Of a DNA stretch of 64,000 nucleotides, positions 15,401 to 27,400 are shown piece by piece. The DNA lies in the NCBI GenBank assembly GCA_050575255.1, contig JBNZDD010013678.1:4560753-4624752 (forward strand). Reading direction: 5' to 3'. Under the pieces are notes generated by a model that was not told the origin of the DNA, ran no database searches, and saw only the letters and a list, made by a program, of their open reading frames with translations. Each line of letters opens with the position of its first letter. Position 1 is the stretch's first letter. Source of the stretch: Harriotta raleighana (taxonomy: Eukaryota). The position numbers were made by a program, and so were the translations under genes.

Positions 15401-18400
15401 GCAGTATATCTCCACAGAGGGCTTTTCCTCCTGCTCTCTCCTTGTTACCTGTGGGGTACCCCAGGGATCCATTCTTGGTCACCTCCTCTTCCTCATCTAT
15501 ATGTTCCCTCTTGGGGATGTTATCCGCAGACATGGGGCCCACTTACATATGTACGTGGATGACACCCAGCTCTATTTCTCCACTTCACTTTGCGCCTCCC
15601 ATCCCCCAATGTTCTGTCAGACATCAGGAGCTGGATGAGCGCAAATTTCTTGCAGCTGAATGTTGACAAGATGGAGGCCATACTCTTTGGCTCTCAACAA
15701 CATCTCCATTCGTACTCCATGGCTCTCACTTCCTCCAACTCCCTGGTCTGCCCCTAAAACTCTCTGAACCTGTGCACAACCTAGGCGTCAAGTTCGACCC
15801 CCAACTGTCCTTCCTCCCCCACATCCTGTCCCAAACCAGCACCGCCTTCTTCCACATCTGACGGATTGTCTCCGGCAATACCTCACCCCAAAAGCTGCTG
15901 AAACCCTGGTCCAGGCCTTTGTCACCTCTCAGCTAGACTATTCCAATGCCCTCCTCGCCAGTCTCCCCTCCACCACAATCCATAAAATCCAATTCATCCA
16001 AAACTCTGCCACCCGCATACTCACCCCACCAAACTTCGCTCCCCCATTACCCCAGTTCTTACCAGACTTCACTGGCTCCCTATCCCAGAGAGGATCGACT
16101 TCAAGATCCTCACCCTAGTCTTCAAATCCCTCCACTCCTCTGCACCCCTTACCTCTCTGACCTCCTCTCTCCTCAAACCAGCTCCCATTGCCTTCGCTCC
16201 ACTGGGTCTGGCCTCCTCCTTGTCCCCTGAATCTTCCGCTCCACCCTTGGCAGTTGTGCCTTCAGCCACTATGCCCTGAGGCTCTGGAATTCCCTTCCTC
16301 ACTACCTTCGCCTCGCACCCTCTTTTTCCAGTTTGAGGTCCCAGCTGAAGACCTTTCTCTTCGACCGCGCCTTTAGTCACCTATCTACCCCTCCCTCTGG
16401 CTCAGTCCCGGGATCTGCTATTGTGAAGCGCTCTGAGATGCCGTCCGGCATGGAGGGCGCTATATAAATCAAAGTTGTTGTTGTTTTTGTGCTGCAATGT
16501 TTTTTTTTGTCTAACTGATGACTTGCCTTCAACAAACAGCCTTGCCCTGGAACGCCTATCTTCCACACCACAGGAATATTCACACTCATCATCGGGTCTG
16601 CATTCCCTTACAGTAAGTGTGTGGAAAATACTGTCTTTCTCAAACTGGTACCTAAAAAAAAGTAGCATTAGTAATTGTCCGCAGATCAGTAATATGCAGG
16701 TATGAAAGATCATTTTTTGGTTTAAAAAAACACTTAAAAAATACGTACTTCTTGTTCTCCCTGAGCTCGCGACCATTCCTGTACCATTTCACTGCAACCT
16801 TTTCTTTTGACAACTGACACGAAAACATTGCGTCTTCAAACTCAGTTACAGTCTGATCCTGGAGATGCTGCGTGAAGTCTGTGGGCGCTTCTGTGATAAT
16901 CAATTCACCAACAGATTTGTCCTGTCCTGCTGTTACAGTGTATTCACCTTCGTCTGCAAAGCTACAGTCTTTGATTATAATGGAGTGCTTTTTCTTGTCG
17001 ATTTTATATAAAACTCGCCGGTCAAACGTAATCTCCTGCCCTCCCTTCATCCATGCTAGAGTGACGTTTTCACGGTTCACTTTGCAAGCGAAGGTCACAG
17101 ACTTCTTCTCCATTGTTTCACAATCCTGAAGAGGCTCAATGATCTTCAGTTCCTCCTCTGTTAAGACGAACATTAATATTTAATATCTAAAGTCTTTTAC
17201 GTGCATTATGCGCTGCTGGCAGAGAGCGATTACATATATAATATCTTAACTTTCAAGAAAACCCATTTACCTTGTACTTCCATTTTTGCAGAGCATTTTA
17301 CATGTTCTCCTCTATTATTTGTCAATGCAATTGTGTATGTTCCTTGATCCTCCGTTCGGCAATTCTTAAGTCTGAGAGTGTAGACCAAATCTTTTTGGAC
17401 CAAAACATGTTTTGCGCTATCGAAAATAACCTCATCATCTTTCAACCATTTCGCTCTGGCACCTTCAACATTGACTTCACAGTTGAATACAAGCTCTTCT
17501 CCTTCTAGAACAAACTGGTCTTTGATGGGAGTTATTATCCTGAGGTTTTCTGAGAAAGAAACGCCGGGTGTTAAAAAAACAACTAATTTTTTGATTCGAA
17601 ACATTGATTTAATCTATCTACGAGTAATATAATCTTGAGGACCTACCAATCACTGTCAGATCTGCTGTCGCTCTTGAAGAGGCAACCATTGCAGCATAGG
17701 TTCCTTCGTCATCCATTATGGAGTCCTTAATAACAAGCACTCGTTTATGGCCCTCTGATATAATCTCGTACTTATCCCCGGTCTCAAGCTCCTTGTCACC
17801 TAAGAACCATTTCACTTCATAGGTCTCCTTAGATACGGAGCAAACAAACTCTGCCTTGTCTCCTTCTAACACCTCCTGGTTCTTTGGCCGAGAAGTAAAT
17901 TCTGCTGCCAGTTCTGCAATAAATACAACGATTTAACAGAGCGGGTTAGAATGGGAAAAGTCAAAGAAAATGTGAGAAATACATGTAATAATAATAATAG
18001 TAGAGCAAATTATAAGCTCTAGTTCGTACCGTTGACTGCCAATTCAGCTGAAGTATGAATGCCTTTGGGGAGCCTGCAGGTATATTCACCCACGTCTTCC
18101 GGTTTAACATTATGAATGATGAGAATTCGTTTCTTGCCATCTGTGAGCTGTTCGTATCTGCCGACATCGGGCAGCTCCACGTCTCCCTTGTACCACGTTA
18201 CCTCGGCATCCGGCTTGGAAACTTCACAGACCAGCCTGATGGTGTCTGTTTCGGAAGCTTCAACATTTGCGAGCTTCTTGGTGAAGTCAGCTTCCTCTTC
18301 TGAAAGTGTAAAACAGTACACAAAAGTGGGAAACAACCATATTAATAATAATAATAGTAATAATACCACCATAATATGTACGCTCCCGCAATTTAAAGTG

Positions 18401-21400
18401 ATACAAAACAAAAGTATGATTGTTTACCTAACACTGTAAGCATTCCAGATGTTTTAGCTGTCTTGGCATCGCATTCATATTCAGCTTCGTCATCAAAGCT
18501 ACACTTGTGGATGGTCAACAGTCTCTCGGTACCTTTAGCTGTGATATCATACTTTTTGCCTTTCCTTATTTCCATGCCATCCTTAAACCAGCGAACCTGA
18601 AGCAACAAAATGTTTTCTTCAAGTCAAATGTGTTTGCTCCACAGAAATTCAAACTGCTTTACATTATACAATAATTCACCACCAAAGTTTTCTTTTTGCT
18701 TTATTTATATTCCTCTTTGAATGATCATTTTAAAGTTAAAAAAAACAAACACACACAAACCCACTCACACAAACATAATCCTCAAATGAATCAGTACACA
18801 AACCTTTGCATTTTCACGTGAAACTTCACACACAAATTTAGCAACATCCTTTTCTTTCACTTCAAGATCGGTGAGAGGCTTTGTGAACTCAATATGAGGA
18901 GCTGTAAGCAACAACAACAAAATTACATTTGTAGAGAGCTTTTCATATTGGGAGGACTTCCCAAGGGGCTGAAAAAGGGAAGCCTTGTTAGTAAGTGCAT
19001 ACTAGCTAAGTTATCATGTTGCCACAGAGGATATCAACATTGATGTACATCGATAGGTTTAGATACAAATCTTTCTCTACTTACGTTCCACACTGAGGAA
19101 GCAGGATGTTTTAAAGTCTTTGGAATCACAAGTATACGTTTTAGAATTATCAGGCGTGCAGCCATGGATAATAAGTCTTCTAATTCTTCCTTCTGCAACA
19201 ATATCGTACTGCTTGGACTTAAAGATTTCCTGTCCAGCCTTAAACCATTTCACTTCGGCGTTTTCTCTGGACACTTCACACTCCAGAATAGCAGTGGCCT
19301 CTTCTTCCACGGTCTGGTCCTCCAGGGGTTTAGTAAAGTCGACTGGTGGTTCTGTAACAGATTGATATGAAAATTCAACACAAGTAAACAAAGAATAACA
19401 ACAACAACAACTTCGATTTATATAGCGCCCTCCACACCGGATGGCGTCTCAGAGTCGCTTCACAATAGCGGATCCCGGGACCGAGCCAGGGGCAGGGGCA
19501 GAAAGGTGACCAAAAGCGCGGTCGAAGAGAAAGATCTTCAGCTGTGACCTGAATTTGGGAAGAGAGGGGGCGAGGCGAAGGGAATGAGGAAGGGAGTTCC
19601 AGAGCCTCAGGGCGTAGTGGCTTGGACCCCAGAGTATGTGTCAAGGTAGCAGCTGGAGTCTGACCTGCCAAAACCGCATTGTTCGCTTTTGATATTGTTG
19701 TCTGAACCACACTACCCGCTAACACTTTGGCTTGCAGGGTTAACAGCAGGTTAACAGGGGATGATTTCTCTGCTCCCAGTTACTGGTCTATTCTTCCAAG
19801 TCTTGCTGATGAGCCAGGCTAGGTTGGCTGTGCTGTCATCAGCAGTGCCCTAGAATACAGTACTGCTAACTATTCCATAAGTAAACATCAAAACCTGCAA
19901 CCCCAGTGGGGGAAAACAAATAGAACAAAGCTTCAAAGAATTGTTGGACATCTGTCACTCACCTTTCACAATAAGTTTAGCAGATGTAGAAAAGTCCTTG
20001 GCGGTAATTTTGACTTTTCCTGTTTCAATTAACTGGACATCTCTGAGGGTGAAAGTGTGCACTCTGCCTTCAGCACGAGTAACAACCTACACCAAAAATT
20101 ATTTGAAATGTTAAACTCATTAAATATCTGTTCTGAGCATTTTTAACGCATCTAATGACTTACTAAATAGAAGAAATTTAAGAGAAATTACGCATATTAA
20201 CAAAATGTTATTCTTATTATCATAAATAGGATTGTTTGCAGCTTTTTGAAAGCATTGTTATGTTTGCAAGATCGACCATCGCTTAAATTGAAATGAGATT
20301 AAACAAAAAGTTAAGACATTACGTCACAATTCTGCACATTTTTAAAATTTGCAATAAGATTTCAATAAACCACGACACATACATGTTTAAAGTTAGTTCA
20401 GAATGTTGCAGCTACAATGAAAATTTGTAGAACATTTATTTTCGTTCCTTTCCAACAGGTGTGGTACAAAAATATGATTAGTTAGCCAGTCAAAGCTATT
20501 TGTGGAATCAAACAGCAAGTGGAAACAACTGTTTCTATCAGCTGTTACAAACATGACACAGAAGCACAATCAACACTGCTATCTGTATTTCTCACAAATC
20601 TGTACCTAGATTGAGTTTTCTCTGAAAATACTATTGAACATGAAGGTTATGTAAGGCTTTTTGTTTCTTTCGGTTGACACATATCTAAGTATTAAGTAAA
20701 TTCATAACAGAGTGTACTAAGGGCAGTTTTTAGTGTCTGGCGTTTTAAAGATTGCATTTGTATTTATTTTTAAAATAATTTCCAGCAGTGGACTAGCTTA
20801 ATACTACGTAGAAAAATTCTATCAGGGAAAATATTATTCAAACTATTGGAGCAATGCTTTTAAACAGATTGTAGGAAACGAGAATGAATTGAAATCGACA
20901 TGTTACACTTGTTAGCCGCATGCTGGGGAATGAATGAACATTTCAGTTTAGTTGTTTGATGATCGAGTTGGTTTAATTGATATCAATCAATCAAAATTTT
21001 ATTTATATAGCGCCTTTCACGTCGGGAGGACGTCCCAAAGCGCTGTACAGCCAAGTAGGGGGGGGAGGGCTCAGGGAAAGGAGTAGGAAAAATTGACTGT
21101 ATATTTGTGGGCGAAACGCGGTAGCCAAATTGTTTCTGAGGTTTGATTTCTGGGATACACTTCAGTAAGCAGTAAGCATTAAGCAGTTTTCATGTACATT
21201 TCCCTCCGGAGTGACTCCGAGGGAAACACCTGCTGAATGTAAGGCAATCACTACAAAGATGCTACAAAAACTATAACATAACTCTGGACTCCTACGTGAA
21301 TACTTCACTAGATTTTATCATTGTGTTGCACTGCGGGACATGGCGGTATTATTTTTTTGCTAAACTGATCGGCCCATTATTTCTCCAGATTCCTGCACTT

Positions 21401-24400
21401 TATTCAATAAATTAAACTTCCACACCTTGTTTAAGGGTTTTAACCAGTCAAAACTTTGTTTACAACAAAACTGAACAGCAGATAAAGGAATTGGTGGCTA
21501 GAGATTAAAGACATTAACTATAGAATAAAATGAAGGTTCACAGAAATGCACTTTTTTGAAAACAAATTATAGATGCAGTATTCAGTGCTGCAATTGGCTT
21601 CACAATCAATCAAAAAAAAAATCAAAATTTTATTTATAAAGCGCCTTTCACGTCGGGAGGACGTCCCAAAGCGCTGTACAGCCAAATAGGGGGGGAGGGT
21701 TCAGGGAAAGGAGTAGGAAAAATACATTTCAAGCAGAGGATTTTTCTTGGGACATAAGAATTTCAGTGCAGATTTCAATTGTACCAAACACAGAGAGTAA
21801 AAAAAGTTAATTTTTTTAACATATTTTTGTTGCAGAACACTATCAACCTTATAGTTCTACTCTGTAGATTATATGCAATGTACATATGATTGAGTATGTG
21901 TGTGTTTTTTCTTTTGGAAAATTGGCCTTCTGAAAATGCAGCTCTTGCAATATATCGCTCGCAATAAAAGATTCAGCAATTTGCCCATGTCAAACCGTAC
22001 ATGCAGGCAACTTGTAGCATTTAAAAATAGCCCAGATTGAATGCTTGGAAACCCAAACTTATGCCAAATGTTATCTTATCTTAAAGCCACTGCCTGTCAA
22101 TTGCCTGAAATGGAATTGGAAGCCACCAGAGTCCCTTATATGCAGAATGCTTAGAGATAGACACAGAATCAGAAGAGAAGAAACTTTTGGAATGTAGACT
22201 GGATAACTAACCACAGTGTTATAGTATATAGTATAGTATATGTAGATAAAGAAAGAAAAAACAAGTTACCAACATCAATGTTGGTATATAATTTTTTTAA
22301 ATAAAATGCTAAATGATCAATGTTTAAACGATTGAAATGGTCTTGCATAAAACAATTCCCTTAGGGTCATGCATGTTGAAACAAATTGAACACACACAAA
22401 TGAAATGACTTACCCTGTCACTGGATTCCAACTTAGTGTCCTTCAAAAACCACTCAACAGGAATACCCTCATATGAGAGCTCACACTCGAAGGTAGCAGA
22501 ATGCCCAGCTACAACAGTCACATCCTTCAGGGGTTTGAGTAAGCCAATGACTCGTGCTTTGGATGTGGGGGAGAACATGGTTAATTCTGCAGTCCCCCGA
22601 GAGGCTTGTTCATTTTCACCTGAACCTCATCTCAGCTCCGACCCAAGAGACCAACCCCCGTGTGCCTCACTCCCAGGCCCACCAGAAGGAAAGAGATAGA
22701 CATTCCAGCTATATTTGCATATTATCCTCCTGACTTCTAACAGTCAGCAGTAAATCTGAGGGGCATCTGCTTGAGCTGCCAATCACATCTGCTCCCATGT
22801 TACTACATAAGGTATGTCCTTTTCAAAATAGCCACACCATTGGTTACACAGCAAATTCCTCTCTGACAACCGCCCGTTGCCGTCAATCAACCCTCCCGCA
22901 AAAATGCAGACTTGAATATTATTTTGCCTCCAAATTACAAACTCAGCAAAAAAAAAGCAAGTTAATGTGTTCCAACACTGTGTTTCCTTGTTGGATAATT
23001 ATCTGTTAATCATTTTATAAGCAATTTACTTTAATACAAAACCTACTTTTACTTTAGAAACTCAAGAGAGTGGTGAATGGAATAAGTAAATACAGTACAA
23101 TGTGGATTTACATTTACTGAAGCGTCTTTCACTTCAAGAGGGCTTCCTAAGGCGCTTAGGGATAGAAGCAAATGAGTGGGAGGATTAAAGATGAGGGAGA
23201 GCAAGGTTAGGGAATGTCTTGAGATGGATACGGAGCAAGGGGAGGGAGCGGGTTTGAGGGACTGTGGGATGGAGTTCCAGAGAGTGGTAAAAGATAAATT
23301 AATTATCTGAATTGAAAGAATACAGTAAATTGCCTTACATGGTTATAAAGAATAAGGTAAATTGTCGCGGGGAAATTTCCATGGGGAGGTTGCCTGTATA
23401 TGTGGAATTGTCAGTCTGGTTTAATACTCTTAAGTGTGGTGATGCATTTCTGCAAGTGTCAGACAGACAGCCTGGGTGATCTCATATCATTTATCAAGAA
23501 CTGATGACCCAAAACATGCATTTGTGTTTAACAGGCTTATTGTATATAAACGCTATTTATTAAACATGTAATGAAAAGTGATCTACCTTTGACTCTCAAA
23601 TGAGCGTTGGATTTGGCATTTGCAGCTTGGAAATCAACTTGACCAGCTTGACCCAATGGTACATTGTACAGAATAAGAATATGCTTAGTGCCTTCCTCCT
23701 TAATCTCACAATCCTAAATTATAATGTTAAAAAAAAGACCATTAATACCATATGTACCGTACAATTTTCCCGATAAATAAAAGTAAAACACTTGTTTATA
23801 AATATACGGATTAGCACTTACAGGTGATTGTCTTACACTTTCCCCCTTCAGCTTCCAATTGCCGTGCACATCTTCTTCGGAGATTTCAACTTCAAAACGA
23901 GCAGTTTCGGTTTCTGTGACCTCAACACTGTACAGTGGCTTCACTATCTTAATGTCACGCTCTGAAATAAAATTCATTCAAAGTGTTAATTTGCCAGAAA
24001 AATCAAAACAATTCACTGAACGCAAGGGGAATGCAAATGGTACACACACTATAAACTTCTGATTTGTATCATTCATACCTTCGATGTTCAGCTTGGCAGT
24101 AGTTTTATCAAAACCGCAGTCACATGAAAACTCTCCCTGGTCGGTCTTTAGCGTTCGTTTAATGATTAAGATGCGCTTCTTGCCGTCGGTCTTAAATTGA
24201 ACGTTCTTTGAAGGAGTCAGTTCTTTTCCGTCCTTCAACCATTTAACTGGTGCTCCCGCTTTGCTGACCTCACATTGGAATGTAACTTCATCTTTCTCTA
24301 CCGCCGTGTAGTCCTGTAGATTCCTGACAAAGTAAGGATCCCCCTCTGGAGAACCATAAAGAAAATAATTAGTAGACGCGAAGAGAACAAAGGAACATTT

Positions 24401-27400
24401 CTGCGTGAACTTCAGTCTGTAAAGTACATGTGTGATAATGCAGAAATAATCTTTACCAAGGACGACGAGTTTCGCCTCTGAACTCTTGTCCATAGCTTCT
24501 ACTTTGATGAGGGAGGTATCATCGATGGTCACATCTTTGAACGTGATGCCGTGAATCTTACCCTCGTCTTTCATGGTTACCACCCGACTCGGGTGCAGCC
24601 GCATGTCATTTTTGTACCACACAACCTGTATATTCTCATGAGAAAGCTCGGCTACAAATTCTGCTGTCTCGCGCTCTTTCACAGTTTGGTCTTCAATGGG
24701 TTTGCTGAATTCAAGTCGGATACCTATAAGGAAAAGAAATATTAATCTCCATCAAACTGCACTGGAAAGAGAGCACCTTATCCCATAGCTCTTTGAGATG
24801 CCTAGAAGTCGTGAAAGGCGCTATATCAAATGCAAGTATTATTATTCTTATAGTGTGGGAATGACATTAAAGCAGATTCCAGTGGTGCAGAAGCAAAGCG
24901 TATCTGAGATGCAATGGGCCGAACAATCTCTTGTACTACAAATATTCTATTATTTTACACAGCGCAATGGAAGCACTGTTGCCACTTGCCTTGAATAATC
25001 AGTTTGGCACTTGTCGCCTTGTCCTCTGCTTCAAACATATATTTTGCTTCATCATCAAACGCAGCTTCTTTAATTACCAATGCATATTTGGTTCCTTCTT
25101 CTAAGATTTCAAACTTAGCATCTGCCTTAACCTCCTCTGTTCCTTTCAGCCAACGGAATGTCTTTGGCTTCCTGGATAATTCACATTCAAACTTTGCTTC
25201 ATCCTTCTCATACACTTTCACATCCTCAAGCGGTTTCATGAAGGTAACTGGGATTTCTAGATGGGTATACACAAAGCAGAATACCACTTAGCAATTTTAA
25301 CAAATACAAAACTTGCAAGAAAGTGCATTGTTATAACACTTGTAACATCAAAACACTCCACAATAACAAATCCTGTCCAATCATGACTATTTTTTGTAGC
25401 CGTATATGGCAGCTATTTTATACTCAACAATGAAGCACAAAGAACCATAATCTAAATGACCAATTAATCAAGGAAAGTGTTAGGCACGACACCAAGGAGT
25501 TGGAAAACTCTCTTTTCCAATTGTGACGTGGGATCTTTGGTCTGACTGAAGGACATCACCTCCGACAATACAGTAGTTCCTCTGGAAAGTCAGCCTCGAC
25601 TATTCGTGCAAGTCTTTCCATGGGGCTTCAATCCAAATGCGTTTGACCCAACGGTGAAAGTGAGGAATAGAATAAGTGTTGCAGAATTGAGCAATAGTTA
25701 TTCCAAATGAATTGGAAATTACCTTTGACTTTCAAGTTAGCTGCACACTTAGCATTAGCAGCCTGAAAAGCAACTTCTCCCGCATCCTTCAGTTTGCAGT
25801 TGTACAGGATCAAGGTGTGCTTCTTGCCATCCTCGAGAATCTCACAATTCTGTAAAGTACAAAAATCAAAGATGTATAACATTATCCTGCATTTGGTTAA
25901 ATGTTTGCCCCATGTATTCTCAAACACGTCAATAAGACAATGCTCCTAAATTGAATTAAGCACCAATTATCAGGAATAAGAATTTGAGGTTTTACGCTCA
26001 ATGATTTTATCTCAGAATTGGCCAGTTGGTACATCTATTTGAGTTGTTTTGAATTACTTATTGAAAGTTGCCACAAAATACCCTTGTGTTCAACTGAATT
26101 AGCCAACAGTAAATCTATTTACATCAAAAGTTACTTACTGGTGATGGCAACAAACTTTCTCCATTCAGTTTCCACTGAGAATGCACTTCAGACTCTGAGA
26201 TGTCTACTTCAAAACGTGCTGTTTCACCCTCAAAGATCTCTACACCAAACAATGGACGCACTATTTTGATAATGCGTGCTGCAACCACAGAAAGTAAAAC
26301 AATGGATGTTTAATAATTATTATCCTTGCATTTGCATTTCATCGCTACTTCGTGTCTACGTTGCAGTTAATTGGGCATAACGGTTCAGAAACTCGTTGGA
26401 TATTATTTTAGGATTACATTCTTGAAGATTATAAGCATATTAATTTGGAAGACCTACCTTCAATATTCATGGAGGCTTTGGTGACATCAGTCCCACAGTC
26501 ACATTCATAATCACCCTTAGCTTTGTTGTCAACCTTCTTGATCAACAACGTATGGCGTTGACCCTCAGCCTTTATAGAGACTGTCTTTGATGCTACAATT
26601 TCTTTGCCATCCTTCTTCCATTTCACAGGCACATCCTTGCTGAGCTCACATTCCAGTTTCACGTCATCTCTCTCCACGGCAGTGTAATCCTGTAGTTTCA
26701 CCGTGAAATACGGATCTGCCTCTGTAGATGAAAGAAGAAACAACAAAGATATTTATCCTATAAAACTGCACAAAGAAGTGTTATACCATGGTGCGTTGGC
26801 TGAAGTACACTACAGGGAATTTAGGTGAAAAGTCTTCTCCCAGAGGGTGGCGAGAATGTGGAACTTACCCCCGGAAGCCGTGATTGAAGCAAAAAGCATC
26901 AACGTATGTAAGTGAAAACTTGATGTGTAATAATAATAATACTTATATTTGGCACAGTGTCTTATCACGTCTTCTAGTCGTCTCAAAGCACTTCACAGAA
27001 TATACTGTAAAGTGAATTGATTGTATATTTTGTGGGCAAAATGCAACAGCCAATTGCGCGCAGTATTGTCCCACAAAGAGTTGTGGATTGAAATGACCAA
27101 TTTTTAGTTTTTTGAGGGATTATTAGTAGGCGTGTGGAGTAAGGAAACTGGCCCAAGGATTCGCCCTGCCTGGAATTGAACACCGGTCTCTCACTTGTAA
27201 GGTGCGTGCTCTAACCACTGAGCTACAGGACTTTACGTACATGAGAGAGAAGGGAATAGAGGAGTATCGGAGAGTGAAATAGGAGGGGTGGAGGCTTGTA
27301 TGGAGTATAATCACCACTGTGCATGGCCTGTCATATAATTCTGTATAATTTAGTATAAGACAGAGAACAATATTACAATTACTGTATTTGAGCCTTACCG

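Noticed and set aside
12497-16484. Active autonomous retrotransposon
   Set aside because: ORF2 has many stops and frameshifts and no intact ORF1 is visible
24346-24456. Stop-free, frame-preserving introns (also 9873-9965) suggesting regulated retention
   Set aside because: Short introns can be open by chance, splice sites are canonical and the peptides look non-coding
27163-27231. tRNA-Val(TAC) gene
   Set aside because: Stems are imperfect and it runs straight into a repeated SINE body and tail
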